A DNA stretch of 63,505 nt, the filler included, from Octopus bimaculoides (lineage: Eukaryota): NCBI RefSeq assembly GCF_001194135.2. It is 6 parts of 6 records of this genome, joined end to end, with 100 filler letters (N's around TTAATTAATTAA, not from the genome) between each part and the next. Parts side by side here need not be neighbours in the genome. Positions count along the whole stretch, not along the records: positions 42,617 to 60,734 come from NC_068986.1; positions 60,835 to 62,047 come from NC_068992.1; positions 62,148 to 63,505 come from NC_068984.1; 3 more parts are not named here. The stretch is one strand, 5' to 3'. Every line of letters starts with the position of its first letter. The stretch's first letter is position 1. A program made the translations under genes and the position numbers. A model generated the notes under the pieces. It did not search any database and was not told the origin of the DNA. It saw only the letters and a list, made by a program, of their open reading frames with translations. Below are positions 49,475 through 63,501 of the stretch, one piece after another.

Positions 49475-51108
49475 ATACAGTTTGGCCTCGATAAATGAGC
49501 AAAAGCTACCTTTATCAAAGGAAAACGGACAGAAACATGCAAGTTTAATCTTGATCAGCAGAATGTCATAAAGGAGTTAGAACCAGCGGAGAGCTACAAA
49601 TATCTAAGGGTATTTGAAGGTGATGGAATCAAACATTCAATGATGAGGGAAAGGATCAGAATAGAATGCCATCGCAGGGTAAGGGCAATACTGAAGACAG
49701 AGCTGAATGCAAGAAACAGGATCGAAGCGATCAATACTTCAGCCATACCAGTCGTGACATACAGTTTCAATATCGTTAACTGGTCAATTACTGAAATATG
49801 TAATGTTGACAGAAAAATACAAAAATTGTTGAAAATGCATAGAATGCACCACCCTGGGGCAGATATAGAACGACTTTATCTGCCAAGAAAAGAGTGAGGC
49901 CATGGACTTTTACAACTGGAATTAATAATGAAGATTGCCACAATTGGCCTAAACTATATCTGAAAAACTCTGTTGACTGGATGTTAAAACTTGTCTTAAA
50001 GCATGAAAACAAGAAAACATCATACTCAGTAACAAAACAGGCAAAGGAATATCTAAGTGAATTTCAAATACCACAAATTCCAGAATTAGACGTACTAGAA
50101 ACAAACGCAGTAAAAGCTAAGTGTATGAAAACCCGTGCTAAAACTGCTGCCTTAGATATTCTTACTGATAAATGGCAAGAAAAACCTCTCGGTGGTAAAT
50201 ACCTAAAGAGAGCTAATAATGTCGATGCTGACAAAGCTCATACCCATCAATGGTTAGTGTGTTCTGGCTTAAAATCAGAAACAGAAGGGTTTATTATAAT
50301 AGCTCAAAATCAATGCCTACCTACAAAGAGCTACCAGGCCAACATATTAAAGAACGGCAGTAGCCCAACATGTCGTGTATGTAAACAACAAAATGAAACC
50401 ATTGATCATGTTGTCTCCATGTGCAGTCTTCTTGCTCCTACAGAGTATCTCAACAGGCATGATAGGGCAGCACAGTATACTCACTGGGTAACCTGCCCCA
50501 TGATAAAAACTGGTGGGAACACAAACCACCTCCAGTGCTTGAAAATGATCACATCTCACTCCTCTGGAACTTCACCGTTCAAACTGACAGAAAGATAGAT
50601 GCGAATAGGCCAGACATTATATTGAAGGACTTCAGGCAAAAATCATGCCTCCTCATTGATATGACTGTCCCAATCGACATAAATGTATCTGTCAAGACCT
50701 ACCAAAAACTGAGCAAGTATAAAGATCTTGATATAGAAATTAGCAAAATGTGGAACCTCATGACTAAAACGATACCTGTTGTCATAGGTGCCCTAGGAAT
50801 GATAGCAAAAGGGGCTGATTGCTACATAGCTCAGATACCAGGAAACCCTAAAATGGCAGAAATTCAAAAGATAGTGCTCATGGGAACTGCCCATATCCTA
50901 CGTAAAATACTGTGTAATCTCAAATTTTAAAACAAACTCAAAATTTTCTTGCTTTCTTAAACATTCTCTAGAACAATACTTTGCGCAAAACCAAATATAT
51001 GACACCCTAGGCATAACACCAACTTGAACTTTTAACTTGTTGTCTCTTGAGGTCTCTGGGTGAGACTTGGAGTCAACTTGTACAAATACAAAGCAAAAGT
51101 CAAACATA
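49475..51108 (+). mobile_element. 5'-truncated R4/Dong-like LINE (RT end, thumb, CCHC, RLE, 3' UTR) ending in (TAA)n
   Basis: IQFGLDK, YKYLG, RAILKTELNARNRIEAINT, LKSETEGFII, CRVCKQQNETIDHVVSMC, RHDRAAQY, ANRPDIILKD..LIDMTVP, PVVIGALG, LMGTAHILRKIL. Confidence 0.93.
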
Positions 51109-51499
51109 TAATAATAATAATCCTTTCTACTATAGGCACAAGGCCTCAAATTTTTTTGAGAACGAAAGAGGACAGCGATCTCATCTTGCAGCACTCGTCA
51201 TTGCGTTTCTAACCAGGTACAACTGCCTTACACTTTACAAGAAAGAAAATAGGATCTTTGTGACGATTATAACTTCTTTCAAAGGTTTTAGCGGCGTAAG
51301 TGAAATTTTATAGTCGATGTAGTTTCAATTACAGCTGTCAATAAACAGCCCCGAAAAGGAAATAATTCAAAACTCTGATGGAATTGTTGTAAAGCCTCTC
51401 TCTTCCCTTCACAGGTCAGGATGCTGCATAACAAGTTGTAGGTGCAGTGACAGGTTTTATTGCCTGTATAGAAGAAGCCACAAATGTTGGCAAAGTCTT

Positions 51500-51625
51500 T
51501 GAAATGATACTTATTTTATCGAACCTGAAAGGATGACAGGCAGAATTTGAATTCAGAACGTAAAAACGGACGAAATGCCGCTAAGTATTTTGTACGGCGT
51601 GCTGACGATTTTGCCAGCTCACAGC
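51500..51625 (-). mobile_element. SINE family A, 5' part; a separate tail piece lies at 51121-51155
   Basis: atacttattttatcgaacctgaaaggatg...gctgacgattttgccagctc. Confidence 0.75.
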
Positions 51626-52811
51626 CTTCTGCACAAACATGATAATAATAATAGTAATTATTATTATTATGAAAAAAAAATGAACCTTGTTCACAAGTTT
51701 GCCCTCCACCGCCAACTAAGCAAATTTCGCTCTCGCACTCATGCCTCCATTCGAAAAATATCAAAATGGCAACGCTTTTCCTTTCGTCTGATTTCAACGT
51801 GAACAACCAGGCTGTCAGAAGCCTCCCTCCTTTACCTCTTTCATTTTCCAGCCGTGACTTTTTCTGTAACAAAGAAAACGTGAGGTTAATGAATTCTGAA
51901 CAGGAAGTCGGCTAATCTTGACTGAATGTTTTGATCTACAAACTTAAATTACTTTCCAGACTTTTTTACCGGGGAAATCGTATAAACAGTCAAGTTACAT
52001 CCACCTTTCGCCTGCTTCCTTTGCTGACCTCTCCGTTGGGTGAAAGTCGAAATATGCCTTATCATTTTCGACAATAGATTTACAAGTCATTTTGGGAGAA
52101 GAAATAAAAAAATAGCAAAAGGGATTGTGATATCTTTCATCTTCTGTGATCCCTACTTTCAATTTAATTTATTTTTTATTTTCTCATTTTATTGTTGTCT
52201 TCTTGTCCCTAACATTATTTACATAAAAAAGGTTTATCTTCCAATCAGCACCCAGATAATAATTTATTAGAGACCTGCCTTTTACCTAATGAAGAGACAA
52301 ACAGCAAAATGTTGTGGTTGTTGTTCTACTTTCTCCTGTTCCTCCTTCTCTTCCTTCTTCTTCTTCTTCTTCTTCTTCTTCTTCTTCTTCTTCTTCTTCT
52401 TCTTCTTCTTTCTCCTCCCCCTCCTCCTNNNNNNNNNNNNNNNNNNNNNNNNNNNNNNNNNNNNNNNNNNNNNNNNNNNNNNNNNNNNNNNNNNNNNNNN
52501 NNNNNNNNNNNNNNNNNNNNNNNNNNNNNNNNNNNNNNNNNNNNNNNNNNNNNNNNNNNNNNNNNNCTTCTTCTTCTTCTCCTCCTCCTCCTCCTCCTCA
52601 TTCTTCTTCTTCTTCTTCTTCTTCTTCTTCTTCTTCTTCTTCTTCTTCTTCTTCTTTCTCCTCCCCCTCCTCCTCATTTAATGGCCTGTTTTCCATGCTG
52701 GCATCGGTTGGATTCACGTACGTACGCACGTATGTATGTATGTATGTATGTATGTATGTATGTATGTATGTATGTGCGCGCGTGCGTGCATGTGTGTGTG
52801 TGTGTGTGAGT

Positions 52812-52930
52812 GAAGGAGTTTCTGCTTGGTCGTTAGGGTGTTGCACACACGATTGCTAGATCGTGGGTTCTATTTCCAGACCAGGCGTTCAGCTGTGCTC
52901 TCGAGCAAAACACTCCATCTCACGTTGTTC
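52812..52930 (+). mobile_element. SINE family E-like head, degenerate
   Basis: gtcgttagggtgttgcacacacgattgctagatcgtgggttctatttcc...tgtgctctcgagcaaaacact. Confidence 0.5.
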
Positions 52931-53112
52931 CGCAATCGTTTCGTCATCTGACATGTGACACGTCGTGTACAGGCAATGCCGATTTGATGGATGGAGTGAG
53001 TTTATGTCAGCACAGGTATTTGATCACGATAAACAAATCTGTGTGGTTGTTCAACAAGTAGTTGAAGAACTTTCATATGTCGTCTAACGACAAGAGAGTC
53101 TACGATATCGTA

Positions 53113-54507
53113 CTGTGCAAGTTAACTCGAATAGTGATGGAATAATGCAAGTATTTATTAAAATGATATTTATTTAGAAAACACGTGGTAATTATATGCG
53201 CGATGATACATTTAATATGAAATATGGCTACCCTCTGCATGTTTAAACATTTTCACACGGTTTGGCATAGAATCCATCAATGTTGAACACGTTTTATCCA
53301 GTTCTTCGTCATGGGACCTAGCCTTAATAACAACACAGATTGACTTCTGCATCGTTAACCAGTCGTCTTTTTCGATACTGCGTTTGATTATAGCCCTAGG
53401 TTTTCAATGAGGTTGATGTCAGGAGAATTTCCAGGCTAATCGAGGACACTCATTTCATTTTCTCTGAAGAATGTGCGCATTTTTCTGGAAGTATGACACG
53501 GAGCGAGATCGTACCGAAAAAAAAAAACCGTCTCCATTGGGAAAATCCCTTTGCATCATGGGAAGCAAGCGAGCCTATAGGATCGACTTGTATTTATCGC
53601 TATTCGTCATTCCCTCGACATTAATAAGCCACCCTAGACCTTCAGCAGTAGAACAACCCCAAAAACAAAACCTTAGGTACGTATTTTGTCGCTTGTTGAA
53701 TGTGCCCTGGTCGATGAGGCTTACCTTTGATTTGTCTCACGACCGCTCACCTTTGATTTGTCTGTACCTATGTACTTATCTGCACCTATGCACTTATCTG
53801 TACCTATGCAATTCAAAATGCGATTCATCCGAATATATTACCTTTCTCCAATCTTCTGCCTTTCTTTCAGCATGATCGCGTGTCAAGCGCAGACGTTTTC
53901 ACTTTATAACAACATGTTTATGTACCGGCTTTCTGATAGGTCTGCCAGCTTCAAGGAACCTTCATCGGACAGTTGAAGGCGAAATATTTACACCAGCTGA
54001 AGCTAGATCTCTCTGAAGGTTTTCACTGGTTTTCCTTGGATCCTTCAAAGTATTTCCGATCAAAATTTTATCATCCTAAGGTGTTGTCTTGCGTCGTCTT
54101 TCATATCTTCTTCGGCGTAGTGTTGCTTGTACGCCAGTGTCTTCTTGCTTTCTTCACAATTTCACCGACAATTGACTTTGCCACAATTATTTTTTTCATC
54201 CATCTGTCTCGTACTAGAACCACCCTTTTTTCTAAGAGCTACAATACTTGCACGCTTCCTGGATGTGATATCTACCATGAATTTAAAAGCTAATAATGAA
54301 CGCACGCAGGAACAACAACACAAAACGAGCTCTCGTATAACACTAAAGGAAATGCTGGAGCGAAGCCACAACTGAGTAGATGCCAGGTGTTGCCACTGTA
54401 CTATTCTGAACGAAAAACAACAAAAGCTTCATTAGTTTAGTCACAGATTACGACATATTATGAAAAAGTCACGAAATTTGATCCTATCCGGATTAATTTC
54501 CGCACTA
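53113..54507 (-). mobile_element. Degenerate Tc1-family transposon (different family from 30435-31669)
   Basis: MVDITSRKRASIVAL, SPSTVR, WRKVIYSDESHF, DLAPCHTSRK, PGNSPDINLIENL, MDSMPNRVK; degenerate TIRs gtgc(gg)aa(a/g)ttaa..cg(g/a)atag. Confidence 0.88.
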
Positions 54508-54516
54508 ATGTGTATG

Positions 54517-54627
<111 letters not shown>

Positions 54628-54711
54628 GCCTGCCTGCCTGTCTGTCTGTCTATCACTCTGTCAATCAGTCTGTCGTCAATCTGTCTGTCTGTCTATCTAT
54701 TTATCTATCTT

Positions 54712-54941
54712 ATTTTTTTATTGCCTACAAGGGGCTAAGCATAGAGGGTGCAAACAAAGACAGACAAAGGGATTAAGTCGATTACATTGACCCCAGTGCG
54801 CAACTGGTACTTAATTTATCGACCCCGAAAGGATGAAAGGCAAAGTCGACCTCGGCGGAATTTGAACACATAACGTAACGGCAGACGAAATACCGCTTAG
54901 CATTTCGCCCGGCGTGCTAACATTTCTGCCAGCTCGCTGCC
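54712..54941 (-). mobile_element. SINE family A subtype flanked on both sides by (TATC)/(TGTC) tracts
   Basis: High identity to 19581-19795. Confidence 0.88.
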
Positions 54942-54953
54942 TTATCTATTTAT

Positions 54954-55025
<72 letters not shown>

Positions 55026-55643
55026 TTAAACATATATCAAGCGTAGTTGGAGATGGAATTCCAGCAGATCCAAGAGGCCTGACAGCTCTGGGGAGAAAAA
55101 TATGGATGACATCTATTGTTGGTTCTGGGTGGTGAGACATGGTAAGGATTGATAGAAGGAAGAGGAGAAGAGGTGTAGGAGGAGTGGGCCAGGTTAGATG
55201 GATATATAGTTAGCCATTTCAGAAAAGTAAATGTCATTGTAGTAGCTCTAGAAAAAGTAGCGAACAAAACAGTGCATCTGTGAGAGCCTGCGGTTCTTGT
55301 GTGTTAGTGGTTCAAACGTCGAGTGACGACCTGTCCTGGCGATCTCATATTCGTAAATAACAATAAAAGCTACATTCCAGAAAAGACTAGTTTTTCGATA
55401 GTTATCCACAATTCTGCTATCAAAAGGGTTAAAAGCAACAGTATAATAATCAGATCAATTTAACAAAACACCACAACCAGGAATCGAACCAAATAGTATC
55501 ATAGTAAACTAGGTATGCCGAGAACCTCTGCACCACCTCACATCTCTCCTCCTACTCGTTCAATACCAGCAAACAATTACGAAGACGTTTATATTATTAC
55601 AAATAAAGAAACGCAAATAATAGTTGCAATAAAAAGGGAGAGA

Positions 55644-55691
<48 letters not shown>

Positions 55692-55914
55692 GAGAGTTGT
55701 GGTATGAGAAAGGAATAGTTTTGTTCTCAAAATGCAACATTTGTTGGCGAACAAAAGAGGTGTGTTGTTGAAAAACTGGTAATGCATATATGGGCAAGTA
55801 AGCTCCTAAACTGTCACAAAACATTCACTTTCTGCTCTGTTAATTCATAATACAATCAATTGTGTGTGTGTGAGAGAGTGTATGTGTGAGCGTGCGTAAA
55901 TGTAATATGTATAG

Positions 55915-55954
<40 letters not shown>

Positions 55955-55959
55955 TTATA

Positions 55960-56660
55960 CATGAGGTGGTGTCAACAAGTTCCGGGACTAGTTTTGTAAC
56001 ATGCCAACAGAAGGCAGCACACGGTTGCGTGTGCAGTGAGAGCTACCGGTGACCTTCATGAGGCAGTGTGACGAGGGACATCACTGTGTTTACTTCGTAA
56101 GTTGTAAAATTTGCGTTTTTGTGATCACGTGGATGATGTAGTCTGCAATTTTGTTATGGGAAGGAAATGCCGACGTGAAATTTTGCTTTAAACTAGGGAA
56201 ATCTGTTACAGAGACATTGAGCATGCTTTGGCAAGCTTAGGGCGACCAGGCAATGGGGGTCGTACGCAATGTTTCGAGTGACACAGACATTTCAAAAGCG
56301 GAAGGACGTCCCTGGAAGGCGATGAGCGATCTGGAAGACCTGCCACAAGCGTCACCACACCGGAAATGTGGGGAGAATTCATCAGCTTGTGCATAAGGAT
56401 CATCGGGGGAATAGTCAATGACATTTCGAAGCGTTTGGGGAGAGACATTCAGTGAAAGCGTCTGTGTCCGTGGAATTTGGATTTTTCACGATGACATGGT
56501 ATCGCTTCCCCACTCGCTCTATTCACCAACAATATCGCAAAAAACAACATGGTATCGCTTGTTCACTCGCTCTGTTCGCCAAAGAGGCATTTTCACTGTA
56601 TTTTGCTATGGAGGAAAATTCTCGAGCAAAAGGTGTTAAAAACACCAGTCAGTTCAGAGC
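55960..56660 (+). mobile_element. Internally deleted mariner
   Basis: TA plus catgaggtggtgtcaacaagttccgggact left TIR; KFCFKLGKSVTET, MGRTQCFE, FKSGRTSLEGDERSGRP, AKNNMVSL; right TIR not clearly seen. Confidence 0.8.
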
Positions 56661-56866
56661 ATCCCCACCCTATGGACTGGTAGACGCAGAAACAGCTGTG
56701 AGCTATTGAATGTGATTACGTAACTCTTGTTCTTTTGTCATTTTTTAAAATTGATTCTACGCTCCGTACTCACCTGATGCTTTACTCTGAAGCATTATGC
56801 ATAATGAGTTCTGACTACAGGACATCAATACCGCTATGCTTAAGCGAAAACATAACCTATCAATTA

Positions 56867-56909
<43 letters not shown>

Positions 56910-56970
56910 CGTCCGTCCGTCCGTCCATCCATCCATCCGTCCATCCGTCCATTCTCTATCTATCTCTTAT

Positions 56971-57374
56971 CTTTTGCTTTCTTGTCATTCGACTGTGGCC
57001 TTTCTGGAGCATATATGAAGCATTTTAGTCGAACGAATCGACCCAAGTACAATTTTTGTTTTTAAAGCCTGGTTGTTATTCTTTCGGTCTCCTTTGCCGA
57101 ACTGCTAGGAAACGGGGACGTAAACACACAAGCATCGGTTGTCAAGCGGTGGTGGGAGACGAATATAGACATAAATACACACGCACAAAGGCACAAACAC
57201 ACACGCACACATAGATTGGGCTTCTTTCAGTTTCCGTTTACTAAGACCACTCAAAGGCTTTGGTCGGCCCGAGGCTGCAGATGAAGTCACTTGCTCAAGA
57301 TAGCACAAAGTCGGGTTGAACCCGGAATCATGTGGTTGGGAAGCAAACTTCTAACAACATAGTCACGCCTGCGC
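56971..57374 (-). mobile_element. SINE family B, full length
   Basis: Family homology. Confidence 0.85.
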
Positions 57375-57403
57375 TTGGAAGTTAAATTTCTAAGAGTAAT
57401 CTA

Positions 57404-57786
57404 TTACTCTTTACTCTTTTACTTGCTTCAGTAATTTGACTGTGGCCATGCTGGAGCACCGCCTTTAGTCGAGCAAATCGACTCCAGGACTTATTCTTTG
57501 GATGCCTAGTACTTATTCTATCGGTCTCTTTTGCCGAATCGCTAAGTTACGGGGACGTAAACACACCACCATCGGTTGTCGAGCGATGTTGGGGGGACAA
57601 ACACAGACACACAAACATATACACACACATACGTATAAATATACATATATACGACTGGCTTCTTTCAGTTTCCGTCTACCAAATCTACTCACAAGGCTCT
57701 GGTCGGCCCAAGGCTATAGTAGAAGACACTTGCCCAAGATGCCACGCAGTGGGACTGAACCCGGAACCATGTGGTTGGTAAGCAAG
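57404..57786 (-). mobile_element. SINE family B, young-looking copy, head-to-tail with the previous one
   Basis: (ttactctt) tail repeats, intact body, runs into a gap. Confidence 0.9.
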
Positions 57787-60700
57787 NNNNNNNNNNNNNN
57801 NNNNNNNNNNNNNNNNNNNNNNNNNNNNNNNNNNNNNNNNNNNNNNNNNNNNNNNNNNNNNNNNNNNNNNNNNNNNNNNNNNNNNNNNNNNNNNNNNNNN
57901 NNNNNNNNNNNNNNNNNNNNNNNNNNNNNNNNNNNNNNNNNNNNNNNNNNNNNNNNNNNNNNNNNNNNNNNNNNNNNNNNNNNNNNNNNNNNNNNNNNNN
58001 NNNNNNNNNNNNNNNNNNNNNNNNNNNNNNNNNNNNNNNNNNNNNNNNNNNNNNNNNNNNNNNNNNNNNNNNNNNNNNNNNNNNNNNNNNNNNNNNNNNN
58101 NNNNNNNNNNNNNNNNNNNNNNNNNNNNNNNNNNNNNNNNNNNNNNNNNNNNNNNNNNNNNNNNNNNNNNNNNNNNNNNNNNNNNNNNNNNNNNNNNNNN
58201 NNNNNNNNNNNNNNNNNNNNNNNNNNNNNNNNNNNNNNNNNNNNNNNNNNNNNNNNNNNNNNNNNNNNNNNNNNNNNNNNNNNNNNNNNNNNNNNNNNNN
58301 NNNNNNNNNNNNNNNNNNNCATACACACACACACGCATGCATACATACATACATACATACATACACACACGTATACATACAGACATACATACATACACAC
58401 GCACACATACATGCATACATACACACGCACACATACATACATTCATACATACATACATACATACATACACACACACGCATTCGTACATGCATGCATACAC
58501 ACACACGCACACATACATGCATACACACATACGCATAGATACATACATACATACATACAAACGCACACATACATACATACATACATGCACACACTTACAT
58601 ACATACATACACATGTGTGTGTATGTGTATTTGTGTGTATACGTGTCAAAAAAAAAAAAAAGAATGAGCTTACAGAATGTGCGGGTTTGTTCAAAATCTG
58701 TTATATAAATTCCAGATGAGAAATAAAGAATTTACACATTTTGCTAAGACACGTTAGAATTATTAAAAATTACAGAAAATAATCACATAAATTAACTCGT
58801 TATATAATCAAAGATATAATTAATAAAAATGAAATTTAAGAATAAATCCAGACTTTTTGGGCCAGATCAGAGTTCGTCATAAGTCTGATTATTGACTGCT
58901 TTTGCACTTTGTCCGGGCATTGAGTACTTGTTTCAAATGTGCCCATAAGCTGTTGGGACAGCAGAGTTTATAGGAAACGACTGATGCCTGCCAGAGAGAT
59001 CGAGTACGTTACCAATAAACTTTTACTATGGTTTCCACCAGCATCTATCTTACAAATGTTCTTTATGAACCGTCCTCACGTCTTCTCGAAGCAGTAACTT
59101 CTCAATTCTATTCTCCCCTTCGAGGGTCTTTCAGAAAGCCCACCAAGCGCGTAAATATTCTCACTACCGCAGGAGGGGCTTCAGTCAGCTCTTTGATATC
59201 TGCTTTTCCGGAGTTGGATTGAACTTGCTTTGTTTCTTTTGCATGCCTAATATTAGACCCCGTGGTACCTTTTAGGGTTTTGCTAAAAACCTCTTTTAAT
59301 TTGGACTGTAATCGACATGTTTCCATCTTTGTACACTTTAAATCTTCTTCTCATCGTTGAAAGATGAAGTAGGTGACGCCATTGGTTATGGCAGAGACAA
59401 GATAATTTTTTTCTTTGGTTCTTGAAACTGTTGGCAAGTCGTTTCTTCTTGTGGTATTCCGAATACAACAGTTTTTGTGGCTTGCTGTTGCAAGTGTTGT
59501 TGTTGTTGTTGCAGTGTCTGCTAATCTCTTCTCTGTCTTACGAATTTCTCCAGAAAGGAATACAGGAACTGATCCTTACTTCCAACGTGTGGGAGCTGAG
59601 CTTTCTGCCCTTTTACCACCAGTCACTCAGCTTTTGTACCCACAGACACGTCGGGACATACATGCGGAATGGTTTTATGGTTTTAGAGGGTCATAAGGAT
59701 TTGAATATAACCTATCTGACTACATATTGTTCTTAGTTGCCTCGGAGCTCACCATCTGCCCGTACCGTTCAACAAAAATGACAATGTACCAAGTATTAAC
59801 TTTAATACCAATATCCTTGTCAAATGTGTTGTTATAAGATCCCAAGTATTTGTGGTACAAGCTTGTGGACAGCTGTGTAATAAACTCGGCCTGATTTTTC
59901 GACCCGTCCTCAGCTTTGAAAACTACATATATGGTTCTATAGCTGTTATCTCCGTTGGTGGAGGAGATATTCCGCCCCCACCGGAGCTGTCTGTAATTGC
60001 TCATTCGTGTATACGAGAAAGCTCCCCATGGCTTCGGAATGCAGGGATTTGTTCCTTTCTTTTTAGTTTTCGTTGTTCGATAAAGAACTGGGGTATAGAT
60101 GCTCTTTCCTTTGTCACGCAGCACTGCTAGGTAGATATTTTTTTCTCTGCAGAGGCAATCCGTAACTAATGCACGTCTATTGCAATCAGTAAACAAAAGA
60201 AGATTACAACTGCGTACCCAACACTTAATTCGAATTTCTAACTCATTCGCACGCTTGACGAAACGGAAGAGCGTTTTACAGACGCTCTTGTTATCGTTCA
60301 TTGAGTCATTAAATCATCTAAAATGTTATTTACTCTCATAAAATCATTATTTGTTCTGCATATAAAGTCTATGCATTCCACTGGAAAACTAAATTTGTTT
60401 AATGCTCGTAAAATGTGTTTGTTTCCATTCGAAGTTTTTTGGGTGTTTCTGCATGGAGTAGCCATATTGTTAGTTTACGAGTGAGAAAAGAAATAGTTCC
60501 TTTTTCCAAATGAAAATGTTAAACGGCAATTAAATTCCCGGATCTATTTTAAAACGGGGGCCACAGTTTTCATTAATGTTTTACGTAGTGTTTTTGGTAC
60601 CGAAAGACTTTCAAACTTCGTATACTTATCTATTTTGTATTATAGAACAGAAAAATATTTTTGTATTCGAATTTATTTCATGTAAAAAATTGTCTTATTT

Positions 60701-61422
60701 CGATAATTTCAACCAATCACTGACAAGTATTCAGNNNNNNNNNNNNNNNNNNNNNNNNNNNNNNNNNNNNNNNNNNNNTTAATTAATTAANNNNNNNNNN
60801 NNNNNNNNNNNNNNNNNNNNNNNNNNNNNNNNNNAAAGATCTGTTCTTTATGACATGCAGGTGTGGTTGAAAGAACACATTTATGGACTTTTGAATATTT
60901 ATCTATTCATGTACTGTTAATGTTGCTGGCATTGGAATGTTGCTGGTTAAATCTGTTTTTGTTTTTGTTGTTGTTTAGCCCTAGGTCAGTCTTGATCAAG
61001 TTGACATGTGATCAAAGGTGTTCCACCCTCAATCATCTTGTCTTTTTTTTTCAAGCACGATATAGATAGAACTACATCATTCAATGTATCATTCGTTTTT
61101 GGGTTTTTTTTTTTAAACAATGTGAGATAATTTGAAGGAAATATATCTGCTAATTCTTGCCAATCAAATAACCAATTAGAATCTCCTTTGTAGGCTCAGG
61201 TTAGTTCCGTCTGAACAAGCCAATGACACACAAAGGAATACAACCAAAATACGGAATCAAGGAGTGTTTCAAATGATGCTAATTTAAATTTTGACTGTGG
61301 ATCACACATTAAGCTGTGTTTTGATACGTAGTTGTGTTTCTTTGATGGTTTGTACACCAACTTGTTCTTTCATGTGACCTCCCAAACAGTCATCTTTCTA
61401 AATAACTGCTCTAACTATTTAC

Positions 61423-61568
61423 GGGCATATGGTGTAGTGGTTAAGAGCGTGGGCTACTAACCCCAAGATTCCGAGTTCGCTTCCAAGCAGTGACCTGAAT
61501 AATAATAATAATAATAAAAATAATAACATCGAAAAACACCTTAGGAATGAGAACCCAGGTTCAAAATT
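61423..61568 (+). mobile_element. tRNA-derived head of a fourth SINE-like element, cut by a gap
   Basis: A box tggtgtagtgg, arm ggg-ctactaa-ccc, B box gagttcgcttcc, then (aat)n and a unique body. Confidence 0.55.
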
Positions 61569-62211
61569 NNNNNNNNNNCCCGGAACCATGTGGTTGGTAA
61601 GCAAGCCACTTACCATACAGCCACTCCTACGCCTGCTCGTTTTGAATGGCTTATGCCACAGCATTAACTTCATTCATTAAAACAAATTAATCCCATTATT
61701 TATTAGTGTGATCCAACGGGCATCACTATGTTTATATACCAAAACATTAAACTTCAACCAATGGCCAATTCCACTTTATTCTTTAGGCAAAAAAAGGCAA
61801 TACTACTTACTTCTATCTAAAAAATACTAAACAAGGTAACCAGTTGCACGTTGTGGTTGAGTGATTCAAAAGGCATCCAAGTGTAGAATCATTTTGTCTG
61901 ACCAAATTTATAGAAAATAATGCATTGGAAAAATATCTGAACTCATGCTAGTATTAAATAAAGAGTATAAGAATGTTAAAAATATAACAAATGACATGAA
62001 TTGTATGTATTTATGATAGTCTTTTCTGCCAATTCTAAAAACATTGGNNNNNNNNNNNNNNNNNNNNNNNNNNNNNNNNNNNNNNNNNNNNTTAATTAAT
62101 TAANNNNNNNNNNNNNNNNNNNNNNNNNNNNNNNNNNNNNNNNNNNNGTCCGGGAATCAAACTCACAACCTTACTATTGTAAGCCCGACCCTCTAACCAC
62201 CGAGCCTTGGC

Positions 62212-63400
62212 AAAAAAACTACCGGCCAATGGCATCCCAAAACTTAATAAGATATATACAGCATGTTTAAATCTCTTCCTCCAGAACCATTGAAGCAGCT
62301 GGAAAGAAAGGAGTCTGGGAAGAAAGAAGCAATTGTTTATAAACAAAACTGTGACGTCAGAGGTGCGGGAGCACAGAAGGAACCTAGTTTCAATTTGGCT
62401 AAACTACAAGAAAGCCTTTGACTCTGTTCCCCACTCATGAATGCTAGAAGCCCTTCCAGTGAGCATAGTCAAAGCCACAGCTGACCTGACTTCATCGTGG
62501 GCCACCATCGTAAGCACAAAGAGTGACTGTATTATTGCTGATAGAATACAATATTGCAGAAGCATATACCAAGGGGACAGCCTATCTGTGATGTTGTTTA
62601 TACTTTCTGTAAACCCCAAGTCATTCATGTTAAGGAAGTCTGAAGGATATCTCACTGGTTCACAAGGAAACAGAAATATCAAAATTAGACACTGTTTCTT
62701 TGTGAATGACTTGAAACTTTATGCAAAGAAAATGCACGAGATGAAAAAGAGCCTTGACCTGACAACATTCTCAAGGGCGGGAATTTGGTCAGGGGAAATG
62801 TTGCTATATGGTTGTGTACAGAGGGAAAACTGTAAACCAGACTAGCAACACCTCCATCAATGATTTAACCGTTTCCCTTATATCTGATGAGAAATTTTAC
62901 AGGTATCTAGGGGTAGATGAAAACATCTTTCAATGGCACATGTAACAAAACACGTATCACTAAAGAGTACTACAGCCGAATAAAGAACATTTTGACCCTG
63001 GAACTCTCTGCATTCAATAAAACAGAGGTCCACAATGTATTTGCAGTGCCAGTATTCATACCAACATTTGGGCTGCTTGATTGGACGCTTGATTAGATCC
63101 GAGCCATTGATATGAAAACCCGGAAAATACTAACAAGCACACATATTCTCCATATAAACAGTGACGTAGACCACCTCTACCTAAAGCGAAAACAAGACTG
63201 CAGAGGCTTAACATCGATCCAAAATGCCTTTGAATGTCGTATCATATCCCTTCGGCAAGATCTTTTAACCACCAAGTTTCGAAGTGCATCCCTTGATCAA
63301 GTTTGCATACATAAGGTTTCGAAGGCATCATATGACTTGGAAGGCAGGTTCTAGAGCAGCATTCCTTGCTTGATAACCTTAAATACGTGCCCAAAGAAGT
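62212..63400 (+). mobile_element. Degenerate R4/Dong-like LINE, RT core and thumb
   Basis: KNYRP, WLNYKKAFDSVPH, IYQGDSLSVMLF, FVNDLKLYA, YRYLG, HINSDVDHLYLKRKQDCRGL. Confidence 0.88.
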
Positions 63401-63465
63401 CGCACGACTCTCCTGCAACGTATCATCAGATGAAAGGATGATACTGTTTCTGTTGTTAATATACA

Positions 63466-63501
<36 letters not shown>

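Noticed and set aside
51442-51510. GAVTGFIAC... as a late SLC5 exon
   Set aside because: Similarity stops after a few residues, the acceptor lacks a pyrimidine tract and no donor is evident
61423-61495. Functional tRNA gene
   Set aside because: Acceptor and T stems are mispaired, the ACT anticodon is atypical, and there is no poly-T terminator; better read as a SINE head
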